A stretch of 18,737 nucleotides of DNA from IMG/VR virus record IMGVR_UViG_3300027987_000266. One strand, written 5' to 3'. This document shows, one piece after another, positions 8,187-16,440 of this stretch. The notes below the pieces were generated by a model. The model was not told the DNA's origin and searched no databases. It saw only the letters and a list, made by a program, of their open reading frames with translations. The translations under genes were made by a program, and so were the position numbers. Position 1 is the first letter of the stretch, and each line of letters begins with the position of its first letter. The DNA comes from a virus.

Positions 8187-8857
8187 TCGCCGTCGAGTAT
8201 CCTTTTCGTGTTGCCCTCGACTTCGTCCTTTGGTGTGGTGCGTAGGGCAATGACGGTTTGTTCGATCTGTTCGAGTTCCTCATCTTCAATGCGGAAGTGT
8301 CTTTTGACGGCGTGTCGCCACGGGAAGTCGAGGTCGTACGGGTCGATGTTGAACCATTTTCGCAAGGCCCAGGCGACGAGCATTCTGCCGAGTGTGAATT
8401 TCTTGGATTCCTCTTTTGGCGGGGCTTCGTCGGGGACAAAGACGTATTCTTGGTCGGTGTCCTTGTATTGTCGCTTCCATTTGGAGGGGCGTTTGTTGTG
8501 TTCTTTGATGTGCTTGTCGAGGAATGCACCTAGGACGTCACAGAAGTCGGGGCGGTAAATGTCGATTCTGATTTCGTCGAAAGCGTTGACTGGTCTGCCG
8601 GTGATGGTGTGGTAGCGGAGGTCCCACCGCTCCAGCCGGATAGGTTTGTCGTCCTTGAAGGCGATCACTTTCACGGCGGCTCGGTCTGGGTCGTAGGTGA
8701 TGTAGATCGGGCCTTCGTACTCGATCACGCGTTTGGTTTGTTCGGCGTAGCAGACGGTGTGGACGTGGTAGTTGTCGGAACGGTGCTTGATGCCTCGTTC
8801 TCGCATTGTGACGCGGATCAGTTCTCTGACGCCTTTTGTGATTTGTTCCATCACCAT
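8171..8857 (-). CDS. hypothetical protein, 228 aa
   Basis: ATG at 8857. Long clean ORF. Confidence 0.7.
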   Translation of the reverse strand: MVMEQITKGVRELIRVTMRERGIKHRSDNYHVHTVCYAEQTKRVIEYEGPIYITYDPDRAAVKVIAFKDDKPIRLERWDLRYHTITGRPVNAFDEIRIDIYRPDFCDVLGAFLDKHIKEHNKRPSKWKRQYKDTDQEYVFVPDEAPPKEESKKFTLGRMLVAWALRKWFNIDPYDLDFPWRHAVKRHFRIEDEELEQIEQTVIALRTTPKDEVEGNTKRILDGEWTEF

Positions 8858-9006
8858 GCCCTATCTGAAACTCGGTCTGGCAGAAATCGCTTCCAGAGCC
8901 AGTAGTCGAGTGCCTTGTTGAGTGTTGACTTTCTCCATGGCGGCTGCTTTTTTGGCGGCAGGAGAAGCCAGCGTTTGTGGATTTTCTTTGCCTGCCTCTT
9001 TTTCAT
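8851..9006 (-). CDS. small basic Trp-rich protein, 51 aa (MKKRQAKKIHKRWLLLPPKKQPPWRKSTLNKALDYWLWKRFLPDRVSDRAW). Absent from the ORF track because it is under 60 aa.
   Basis: ATG 9006..9004 overlaps the TGA of the upstream gene (ATGA). The stop overlaps the ATGgtg start of the downstream gene by 7 nt. It fills a 145-nt gap. Confidence 0.4.
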   Translation of the reverse strand: MKKRQAKKIHKRWLLLPPKKQPPWRKSTLNKALDYWLWKRFLPDRVSDRAW

Positions 9007-9359
9007 AGTTCTGGATCGTCTGTTACGATGCGTCCGCCACCATCGTACCGCTTGAGAATCACGTAGTTGTGCAAATGGCGGAAGAGATTGGGGTCAGCGT
9101 AGTCGACGGGGTAAACTGAATTGGACGGATGGCCCGGAAGCACGTACGCTCTCGTTGGAGTGCACCGGATTTGATAGAACATCTGGCGACGCCCGCTTGG
9201 AGTCTTGTCGTCTCGAACGTAGTAGTTGCCGCAGACGTTCCACGAGTCCATGCTGTGACGCTGGATTTTGACGCTGTGGTCGCTGACGGTCCGCTTGATC
9301 CATTCTTCGATGCTGATGGCGATCTGGCAGACTGTGTGTTGTCGGTCGTACGTTCTCAT
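9003..9359 (-). CDS. hypothetical protein, 118 aa from ATG 9359. DLADP-like module (..VYPVDYADPNLFRHLHNYVIL..)
   Basis: ATGA overlap with the upstream stop. The track extension to 9377 is less likely. Confidence 0.6.
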   Translation of the reverse strand: MRTYDRQHTVCQIAISIEEWIKRTVSDHSVKIQRHSMDSWNVCGNYYVRDDKTPSGRRQMFYQIRCTPTRAYVLPGHPSNSVYPVDYADPNLFRHLHNYVILKRYDGGGRIVTDDPEL

Positions 9360-9538
9360 GCTGCTTTCTGCCAACAAGTCTTGTCGTTGATCTCTTCGTC
9401 GTAATAGCGGAATTCGGGTTGTCGGCCTTCGTTCTTGAGTGCGGCGATAATCCGGAAAAGGGCCGCTGGCTCTTCGGTCTTGATGGTGGCTGTCATTCCG
9501 TCGAATTTGACTTCGACTTCGGTGGTGTTGGTTCGCAT
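9356..9538 (-). CDS. hypothetical small protein, about 60 aa (start uncertain: 9538 has AAGGA-8nt-ATG; 9496 gives an ATGA overlap and 46 aa)
   Basis: ORF track. Candidate starts all have SD or coupling signals. Confidence 0.4.
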   Translation of the reverse strand: MRTNTTEVEVKFDGMTATIKTEEPAALFRIIAALKNEGRQPEFRYYDEEINDKTCWQKAA

Positions 9539-9891
9539 GGGTTCCATCCTTTGTGAACGTGGTTGTGAACTTTCTCGAAAAACTCAGGATCGGCGAGATC
9601 GAACTCGACGATTGGCTGTGGCCCTTCTGGCTTCTCTTCCTTCTGTGACCACCTGCCGGTAATCAGCCTTCGCTGCAAGTAAAGCTTGCCGTTGGTAAGT
9701 CCAAAGGCGAAGCAAGGAGACACTCTCCAGCTGTCGTCGCTTATAACCGGCTTTGCACAGACGTAGCTCTCATGAGTGTCTGGGGTTTCGCCGCTGTGGA
9801 GTTCGCACTCTTCACAAATCTGATGCCACAGCATCCGATTCTCGAAATCCATCGAGTGCAGCTCTTGTCCTTTGAAGACGGTCACTTTCAT
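9493..9891 (-). CDS. hypothetical Cys/His-containing protein, 132 aa. DLADP-module family (..PIVEFDLADPEFFEKVHNHV..)
   Basis: ATGA overlap at the start. Confidence 0.7.
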   Translation of the reverse strand: MKVTVFKGQELHSMDFENRMLWHQICEECELHSGETPDTHESYVCAKPVISDDSWRVSPCFAFGLTNGKLYLQRRLITGRWSQKEEKPEGPQPIVEFDLADPEFFEKVHNHVHKGWNPCEPTPPKSKSNSTE

Positions 9892-10739
9892 CCGATTGTT
9901 CCAATTGCCGCTCTAATCAACTCCATATCGTCCTCATTCAGAGTCGTGACATCGAGCGGATTATTGCCGGTGACAAAGAGCTTGTCGTCCGCAGTCAGCT
10001 TGATCACGTTTTGGTTGTGCTGGATGGCGACCATAAACTCATCGGCCTTCTCATTCAGCAATACCAGGAAGCTGCGGTGACTGTAATCCTTCACTTCGAT
10101 GAGGAAGTACAGATGCTCTTCCAATTCTGGACTCTCGACGTCCTTGTAAACTCTGGCATTGTCCACGTCCACGCGACAAAATCCGTGGCTGTGGGCGACA
10201 CGGAGGATGTTGCCGCGAATCGCCTTTGAGCCATCCATTCTGATGCGACCTCCGAGCGGTTTTCGCCACTTCATGCGGGCGGCGGCTGTCTTGTCGATTT
10301 TCTTTTTGGTGCGTCCTTTCGGTGGTGCTCCCAGGATTAAGGCGACAGCGGCTGAGGCTTCATCGAAGTCGATTGTCTTGCTTTCTGGTTGGTATTTGCC
10401 GTTTGGCTGCCGAACCACTATGACCAGAATGAAACGTGGCTCCTGAACGTGCTTGTAGCAGGGATAGTAACGAACCTCGATTCCGGTGCCGAGGTCAGTC
10501 CGTAAGCTCCTGGCATAAACTCCGTAGATTCCATCGTCGTCCTGACAGCGGAGGATTTTGGTGTCTTTGTATGGTGCGATGTTCGGTGACGAAATGTGGC
10601 TATTGAGGCTGACTCGCTTGTTGCCACAACAGATGGCGTCATGCAGAGCACGCTGAATGCTAATAACGGCCATACCGTTGGCCACGAGGTTTGTCTGCTG
10701 GCTCTCGTCAGCCGGAACGTCGATAGTTTCGTGAGTCAT
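9888..10739 (-). CDS. hypothetical protein, 283 aa. The C-terminal half resembles a PD-(D/E)xK nuclease core (..RVDVD..20aa..LYFLIEVKD..).
   Basis: ATGA overlaps at both ends. The D...E-V-K spacing is typical of restriction-endonuclease-like, Hjc or VRR-NUC folds. This call is by motif only. Confidence 0.65.
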   Translation of the reverse strand: MTHETIDVPADESQQTNLVANGMAVISIQRALHDAICCGNKRVSLNSHISSPNIAPYKDTKILRCQDDDGIYGVYARSLRTDLGTGIEVRYYPCYKHVQEPRFILVIVVRQPNGKYQPESKTIDFDEASAAVALILGAPPKGRTKKKIDKTAAARMKWRKPLGGRIRMDGSKAIRGNILRVAHSHGFCRVDVDNARVYKDVESPELEEHLYFLIEVKDYSHRSFLVLLNEKADEFMVAIQHNQNVIKLTADDKLFVTGNNPLDVTTLNEDDMELIRAAIGTIG

Positions 10740-11338
10740 CCGGCAATTCCTGTGAGTTTGTCTTTGATGAAGCTGAGGACTGCGGCTTCGTTGTCGGGAT
10801 GAAAGGGCTTCTTATCCCACATCAGAGTGTTTTCGGCTGGATTGTAAGTGAGAACCCAGTTGTTGTAGTTCTCATTCCAAACACGTGCCTTGACTTTGAT
10901 CTCAAGCGTCGCTGCCGGATCTTCGACCGGCTTCTTGTTCTTGCTGCGGATTTCGAGAGTAGCCTCAAGAACGACCATCGGGGAGAATGTCTGGTTGCCG
11001 AGCTTGAGAGTGGTGGCCTTGGCGGCTTCTCTTCGATTGTTTATGTCGGCTTCGATCAGGTCGCCGATCGGGTTCCCCTGCAGATCGTGCATTCGGTGGA
11101 ATTCCGCCAGATGCTGCTCACTGAGGGCAAACTCTTCGTCGTAGGCACAGGCCCACGTCATGTCGGTGACTTGGCCGTTCTGCAGTTTCTTGCCGGTGTG
11201 GCGGCACGGAATGTTGTTGCGGTGTCTGTCTTTGACGTAGGCGGTGACGCCGCTTTGGTTCAGGCGGAAGACGTCGTATTCCTTGGTCGGATCGAACTCG
11301 CCTTTGCCGCACTTGATGAATTCGAGAGGGTACTTCAT
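10736..11338 (-). CDS. hypothetical protein, 200 aa from ATG 11338 (MKYPLEFIKCGKGEFDP...). The track extension to 11818 is an Arg-rich alternate frame of the upstream gene.
   Basis: ATGA overlap with the upstream stop at 11335. Confidence 0.65.
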   Translation of the reverse strand: MKYPLEFIKCGKGEFDPTKEYDVFRLNQSGVTAYVKDRHRNNIPCRHTGKKLQNGQVTDMTWACAYDEEFALSEQHLAEFHRMHDLQGNPIGDLIEADINNRREAAKATTLKLGNQTFSPMVVLEATLEIRSKNKKPVEDPAATLEIKVKARVWNENYNNWVLTYNPAENTLMWDKKPFHPDNEAAVLSFIKDKLTGIAG

Positions 11339-11895
11339 CGGCCCAGAGACTCCCTCAGTTTCTTGTGGAAGCGAGCGATTCGTTTTTTCAAGACCGGAGC
11401 TTTGAACCAATGGTAGACGACTTCCTGCCGAAAGCTGGTGAGATGCTGGACGTGCGTGTGGTATGAGCACGTCTCCGTCGAAATCCAGGCCCGCGTCTTC
11501 GTCGGGTCGTTCGTCTCCAAATCGTAGTAGAGAACGAGAGCCGTCAAGTCCAGCCCCTCCTTCTCTTTCATGTAGTTGGACATTGGGACGTCTGAGAGTG
11601 CTTCGATCTTTGGCACGTTCACGCCATGCACGATCACGAGATCGAGCGGATAGGCGTTCGGCGTTGCAAGTCCGTCGAGTCCTTCGCTGAATCCGATCTC
11701 GACATTCGCCGGATCGAACGGGTTGCCGAGCAGCAGGAAGCCGCCGAGCTTGGCTTGTGTCGACGAATAGTTGCTGGTCGTCCTGGCCCAGATTTGGTGA
11801 AGCGGAGCGTTCGCCCACCCCATCGGGATGAAAGCGTCTGCTTCGTTTTGCGGAAAGACGATCCGCTCGAATCGACCTTTGGGGACGTCACTCAT
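11335..11895 (-). CDS. hypothetical protein, 186 aa from ATG 11895 (MSDVPKGRFERIVF...)
   Basis: GGAGAAcactgcATG gives a strong SD. It is preceded by a 78-nt non-coding gap. Confidence 0.65.
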   Translation of the reverse strand: MSDVPKGRFERIVFPQNEADAFIPMGWANAPLHQIWARTTSNYSSTQAKLGGFLLLGNPFDPANVEIGFSEGLDGLATPNAYPLDLVIVHGVNVPKIEALSDVPMSNYMKEKEGLDLTALVLYYDLETNDPTKTRAWISTETCSYHTHVQHLTSFRQEVVYHWFKAPVLKKRIARFHKKLRESLGR

Positions 11896-11903
11896 GCAGT
11901 GTT

Positions 11904-11959
11904 CTCCGTTGCGGGGGCGTGGTGATCTGTACACAAGAGTGTTACAAGACCCAACGGAG
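11904..11959 (-). promoter_or_regulatory. Inverted repeat CTCCGTTG(c)GG ... CCCAACGGAG flanking about 38 nt. In the minus-strand mRNA the 3' arm contains the GGAG of the SD of gene 11335..11895.
   Basis: 8 bp plus a bulge plus 2 bp of complementarity, read from the sequence. The SD GGAGAA (revcomp of 11902..11907) lies in the arm. Confidence 0.3.
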
Positions 11960-11973
11960 CGTAAAACGCAGAG

Positions 11974-12528
11974 CTAACCCATTGTCGAGTACACGTGGAG
12001 AATGTCGAGTTCTGTGGCCGCCTTCTTGGCATGCTCTACAGCCAGCTCGATGCTGTCAGGGCATTCCAGATAGTAAGTGCGAGGCCCAAACTCCGTGAGA
12101 TGGTCGTAGTCCTTCCGTCTGTCTGGCCAAATCGCTTCGTCAACGTGGATGTTCGGACGATCGCACTTATAGTTGGCCTGGACTGTAAGCGGGCAGGCTC
12201 GCATCACGGAGTCACAAGCAACCCTGTACTTCCCGATACGCCAGTGTTCCGGTTCCGGCGTTAGATAGAGAATTGCGGGTCCTGGCTTTACGTCCTGGTC
12301 CTCACTCTTGGGTGTCGGTTTGTGACGCTGAAAATCGAGCCAAATGAAGCCCTCGACCACTGTGAGATTGAGCGGTCGTAGCTCTTCGGCTATACCGAGG
12401 ATTACGGCGAAGTTTTCTTTGTGGGCGTCGAGGATGCCGCCGTTGACTCTTGTCTCGATCTTCAAAGTGCTGGCCTTTCGTTCGGATAGCCGAGTCTCTT
12501 CAAGTGCCAGTGTAGCTTTTTGATGCAA
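11974..12528 (-). CDS. hypothetical protein, 184 aa from TTG 12528, or 164 aa from TTG 12465 (TTGA overlap with SD-like GAAAGG). C-terminal variant of the module (..YYLECPDSIELAVEHAKKAATEL..)
   Basis: ORF track. Start is uncertain. Confidence 0.5.
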   Translation of the reverse strand: MHQKATLALEETRLSERKASTLKIETRVNGGILDAHKENFAVILGIAEELRPLNLTVVEGFIWLDFQRHKPTPKSEDQDVKPGPAILYLTPEPEHWRIGKYRVACDSVMRACPLTVQANYKCDRPNIHVDEAIWPDRRKDYDHLTEFGPRTYYLECPDSIELAVEHAKKAATELDILHVYSTMG

Positions 12529-12920
12529 GATTCTATGGAGTCAGGATCGGCTAAGTCCCACTTGTACGGACTTGTGGGAGTATCGCCGACGACTCGTGCT
12601 CCGAATTCGTCGTGGCCGATCTCTCGGTGGAGTACCAGTTCGAGACGGTTACCACGGATTTTGAACGTGGCGGCCTTGAAGTATCGGTCTTTGAAGGCTT
12701 CGATTTCTTCGGCTGTCTCTGCCAGACTCGCATCAGCACCACGGTAAATGTCGTAGTGGGCGAAGAGCGTGCCGACGCCTCTTTTGATGAGCAGGTGGTC
12801 CCACGAAGATAGGTACAAGCGAAGGGCGTCGGCAATAGTGCCGACGCCCATCGAATTCTCTGCTCGACGTCTGCTTTGTTCGCTTCTGTCGATTGCTTGT
12901 TGGGACGATCTGACCGTCAC
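12462..12920 (-). CDS. hypothetical protein, 152 aa. DLADP-module family (..KAATFKIRGNRLELVLH..YKWDLADPDSIESCIKKLHWHLKRL..)
   Basis: GTGA overlap with the ligase stop. Confidence 0.7.
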   Translation of the reverse strand: MTVRSSQQAIDRSEQSRRRAENSMGVGTIADALRLYLSSWDHLLIKRGVGTLFAHYDIYRGADASLAETAEEIEAFKDRYFKAATFKIRGNRLELVLHREIGHDEFGARVVGDTPTSPYKWDLADPDSIESCIKKLHWHLKRLGYPNERPAL

Positions 12921-15202
12921 GCTTCGACCGGCTCCTTTTTCGGCAGTTCGGCCTGACCATCCAGCACTTTGCGGATGAAGGCCAAGCTGACGATCTGCGT
13001 GTAGCCGTTGGCTTCCGCATTTTTGGCCTTGTTGGTGACCTGCGTGGCGTCTTTCTGGATCAGGAAGTCGGGAGAGGGCTTGGACTTGGCCACGCCGCTC
13101 GTGAAGACTCCGCCCTTGGCTTCGATCTCGTCCATGTAGGCACGAGTCCCGGTGATGCAGAAGGTGAGTCCGGCGAGGGGCAGATTCGGGTCTGCTTGTC
13201 CGTTGCCGGTGGTCGCGGTTGGGGCGGGCTTTGCTGCGGGGTAGTCGATGGTCACGCCGACTGCCAGCAGCTTGTCGATCAATCCACGGCTCTCTTTGAT
13301 GCCGTGAACCACCGCGTCGCGGATCGTGTCGCCGAGTCCCTCAATCTCCATCTTCGCGAATTCGTCAGTGTCCAGCCAGTCTTCGAGCTTGTCGAGACGG
13401 CCACCGGCTGCGTCGCGGAGCAGGATCACGCGTCGGCGTCCGAGCAGGTCGATACCGAGTGATCCGAGGAAGACCTCCAGCTTGAGATTCCGCTTGTTCT
13501 GGATGTTGTTCACGATCGTCTCGGCTCGCGATCGTCCCACTCGCCCGCCGCTGTCAAGCGTCAGGTTCTCCAAATCCTCAGGCTTGAGGTTGTAGAGATC
13601 GGCGGGATCGCTGACGATGTTGTTGTCCCACATGGCCTTGAGGATGCCGTCACCGATGTTCAGGATTCCGGTTCCCTTCTTCGACGAACCGATCCACTTG
13701 TCGACTTTGCCCTTCAATGCCTCAGGGCATTTGTCGGCTTGTGAGCAGTACGTCACAGCTCCCTTCTTGCCGCGATAGTTGCGGGTGGTCGGCTCGCCGC
13801 AGGACGGGCATCGCTTCGGCTCTTCGATTGGCTTGCGATTCGGGGATTCGGTGACGCACCGAATGACCTTCGGGATAATGTCCCCGGCCAGCACGACCTC
13901 GACTTCGTCGTTGATGGCGACGCCGAGCCGCTCGATCTCGTCCCAATTGTTCAGCAGTGCGTGCGTCACGTTGACGCCACCGATGCGGACTTCCTCGAAG
14001 ACGGCGGTCGGGTAGATTCCTCCGGTGTGGCCGACGCTGAGAATGACGTCCTTGATTGTCGTCGTGTTCGATTTGTGCGGGAACTTGACGGCACGAGCGT
14101 ACTTGGGCCGCAGCCGCGTCTTGATGTCGTCGGTGATGAATGGAAGGTGGTAGGCGATCTCATTGAGGACCACCACGATTCCGTCGATTTCGAACGGCAG
14201 CTTGTCGCGGTTGGCAACTGTCTCGGTGTAGAAGTCGTTGAACTCGTCGACAGTTGTGCAGACTTTGTACGGGACGGGCTGGAAGCCGAGGCCGCGAAGG
14301 CTCTCCATCTTCTCCGCTTCTGTGTGGAACTTGGCGGCGTCGTGCTGCTCATCGCCATCGAACTCGACATTGAAAGCGATGAAGGTGATTCTCTCGGAAT
14401 CCTGGCCGTCGTCGCGACCGAACACGCCGTTCCCGATGTTGCGGGGATTGCTGCGGTCGGCTTCGGGAATCTGATCGAACGGCTGACCGGCGTCACGCTC
14501 GACGACCTCTTTGTAGTCGGCGACGTACATGACCGCCTCACCGCGAACGTCGCAGCTGACGGAGTGCGGCAGGATTGTGGGCAGTCGCCGGAAGTTGGCT
14601 CCGTTCACCGTGATGTCTTGGCCGGTCTCGCCGTCACCGCGTGTGGCGACACGGACCAGTTTGCCATTCTCGTAGGTGGCACAGATGCTTCCGCCATCGA
14701 CCTTGAGAGAGGCGAAAATCTCGACAGGCAGATCGGCGTCGGGCACGTCGTTGACAATCCCCTCTGCCGCGAGACGCTGGCGAGTGGCTTCGACGACGTC
14801 GGCTGCAGCTGAGTGCAGCTTCGTCGTTACGTCTTCGAGCCACGGCTCGTAACCAGCGATGCCGTTGTCGGTGTTGTCGAGCGATCCCATCGGGATGTTG
14901 TGCTTGACCTTGTTGCGAAGGTCGCCAGCGTCGAACGGGAGGCCGACTCGACCAATCCGCTCGTCATTGGGATCGAGTTGTTTCAGAGCGGGCCGCAACA
15001 GATCGTAGTCGGAGTCCGGCATGATCTGAGACGAGCCTGGGCGGTAGTAGGCGACGTCGGCTTTGTCGATGATCAGCCGAAGCTCGTCGGCCGTCAGTTC
15101 GTTGACGGCGTAGCCTGCTCCGTCTTGGTAGAGCTTGAAGAGTTCGACTCGACGATCGGACTCACGGATCAGGTTGAGCCATTGCGGTGCAGCGTTCGGC
15201 AT
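12917..15202 (-). CDS. ligA: NAD(+)-dependent DNA ligase LigA, 761 aa
   Basis: Adenylation KxDG block SLKVDGGSICATYENGKLVRVATRGDGETGQDIT aligns closely with E. coli LigA. N-terminal Ia-like YRPGSSQIMPDSDYDLLRPALKQL. Four-Cys zinc finger CPSCGEP...YCSQADKCPE. HhH region GLGDTIRDAVVHGI. C-terminal BRCT-like LAGLTFCITGTRAYMDEIEAKGGVF... Confidence 0.93.
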   Translation of the reverse strand: MPNAAPQWLNLIRESDRRVELFKLYQDGAGYAVNELTADELRLIIDKADVAYYRPGSSQIMPDSDYDLLRPALKQLDPNDERIGRVGLPFDAGDLRNKVKHNIPMGSLDNTDNGIAGYEPWLEDVTTKLHSAAADVVEATRQRLAAEGIVNDVPDADLPVEIFASLKVDGGSICATYENGKLVRVATRGDGETGQDITVNGANFRRLPTILPHSVSCDVRGEAVMYVADYKEVVERDAGQPFDQIPEADRSNPRNIGNGVFGRDDGQDSERITFIAFNVEFDGDEQHDAAKFHTEAEKMESLRGLGFQPVPYKVCTTVDEFNDFYTETVANRDKLPFEIDGIVVVLNEIAYHLPFITDDIKTRLRPKYARAVKFPHKSNTTTIKDVILSVGHTGGIYPTAVFEEVRIGGVNVTHALLNNWDEIERLGVAINDEVEVVLAGDIIPKVIRCVTESPNRKPIEEPKRCPSCGEPTTRNYRGKKGAVTYCSQADKCPEALKGKVDKWIGSSKKGTGILNIGDGILKAMWDNNIVSDPADLYNLKPEDLENLTLDSGGRVGRSRAETIVNNIQNKRNLKLEVFLGSLGIDLLGRRRVILLRDAAGGRLDKLEDWLDTDEFAKMEIEGLGDTIRDAVVHGIKESRGLIDKLLAVGVTIDYPAAKPAPTATTGNGQADPNLPLAGLTFCITGTRAYMDEIEAKGGVFTSGVAKSKPSPDFLIQKDATQVTNKAKNAEANGYTQIVSLAFIRKVLDGQAELPKKEPVEA

Positions 15203-15286
15203 GTGTTTTGCGTCCTATGCTGGAGGTTGGGAATCTGCTTTGTTGTTGCAGGGCGAATACTCCCCGTTAATCAAATACCGCAAGAC

Positions 15287-15793
15287 TCACTCGGTGATTC
15301 CTGTGGCTTCTCGCCACTTGAGAAGGCGATAGTTGCCCTTGATTGTCGCAAAGAGGCGGTCCATGCTGTCGGGTGCGTCAAGGTCGATCTCTACGGTGTC
15401 GTCCACCGTATCGATTTCTTGGTATCCCGTTCCCTCGCACTCCCAACAACTGTCGTCTCCGTCTCCCCGCCGCTCAATTTCTTCCGGACAGGTGCACTGA
15501 CCAGTGCCCTCACAGTCCGGGCATTCTTTTTGGCTTACGTCTGTGAAGACGAGTTGGCAACGCAAACGTGGATTCGCCCGCAGCTTGAGAATGCAGACGC
15601 GGGACCAAACTGGCTTAGCGTGCCCTAGAAGAATGGAGAGGCCGTCCTCACAAGTCCGCGTCATATCCTGAAACAGAGCGAGAACGGCATGAGTTCTGTG
15701 GACTGTAACTCGCATGTACGGCCACGACCGTAGCTCGTCGGCAATTGCTCTTTTGAACTCTTTGGGGATTTGTTTTGTGCTAACGTCTCTCAC
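15287..15793 (-). CDS. DnaJ-type zinc-finger (CxxCxGxG x2) protein, 168 aa, with a C-terminal DLADP-like module (..VEIDLDAPDSMDRLFATIKGNYRLL..)
   Basis: CPDCEGTGQC and CWECEGTGYQ match the DnaJ CR-domain repeat CxxCxGxG. GTG start with a 14-nt overlap. Confidence 0.6.
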   Translation of the reverse strand: MRDVSTKQIPKEFKRAIADELRSWPYMRVTVHRTHAVLALFQDMTRTCEDGLSILLGHAKPVWSRVCILKLRANPRLRCQLVFTDVSQKECPDCEGTGQCTCPEEIERRGDGDDSCWECEGTGYQEIDTVDDTVEIDLDAPDSMDRLFATIKGNYRLLKWREATGITE

Positions 15794-16439
15794 CCTTACT
15801 CTCGTCGTACCAGAGGTCCGGTCGCTGTTTAAGAACCCACTCGAAGGTGAGCGGCTCTGTCTCTTTCGACGGATCGTACTCTTCCTCGATCATCACGGCG
15901 ATTTCAAGAGCTTCGGCCAACAGTTCGTCTTTGTTCCGTTGCTGGATTGGCTTGTGCTGCATCCCCTCGAATTCGAGTTCGTGAAGCGTCTGCTTGAGAT
16001 CGAACGGTTTCCACTGGTCGATCATCGCCCAATACTGGCGTCCGATAACGCACATGAGGATTCTGACGGAGTGCAACCGAGTCGGATCGCCTTTCTTCGT
16101 CTCTTCGGCGGCTTGTTTCTCTGCCCACTCCCAAATCTGATCGGTTGTAGTGCGAGATTCACCCCACTGGTCGACTTCCCACAGAAACGAGCCGTTGTTG
16201 GACTGTTGGCCGAAGTCCTGGTACTCGATGCCAGTCTCTCCGTCCGCATCGTCGAGTTGGCCGTTCGGTTCGTACGTGATCTCTTCGACGTCCTTCTCCT
16301 TCCAGCCGAGTGCTCGCAGACCGTCTTTCAGGACTTCGAGCCATTCGACATTCTTGCTGTCGAATACGAGGACGCGACGCTCTCTGTCTTGACTGGCGTC
16401 CTCTGGTGTAAACGTCTGGCGGATTTTGAACTTGCTCAT
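15780..16439 (-). CDS. hypothetical acidic Trp-rich protein, 219 aa
   Basis: AGGAGtaacATG gives a strong SD. The gene starts immediately after the TAA of the upstream gene. Confidence 0.75.
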   Translation of the reverse strand: MSKFKIRQTFTPEDASQDRERRVLVFDSKNVEWLEVLKDGLRALGWKEKDVEEITYEPNGQLDDADGETGIEYQDFGQQSNNGSFLWEVDQWGESRTTTDQIWEWAEKQAAEETKKGDPTRLHSVRILMCVIGRQYWAMIDQWKPFDLKQTLHELEFEGMQHKPIQQRNKDELLAEALEIAVMIEEEYDPSKETEPLTFEWVLKQRPDLWYDESKGERR

Positions 16440-16440
16440 G

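Noticed and set aside
11896-11973. Possible tRNA in the 78-nt gap
   Set aside because: There is no acceptor-stem/CCA-compatible pairing and no D or T-arm consensus on either strand. The inverted repeat is better explained as a regulatory hairpin.
15203-15286. Sigma70-like promoter upstream of ligA
   Set aside because: Only weak -35/-10 look-alikes (TTGATT / TATTCG) with wrong spacing are present. No confident call is possible by eye.
13961-15628. Two long plus-strand ORFs (13961..14812, 283 aa, and 14813..15628, 271 aa) antisense to ligA
   Set aside because: They lie entirely inside the strongly supported LigA CDS on the opposite strand. Their V/D/G-rich composition is typical of GC-rich antisense frames, and they have no SD.
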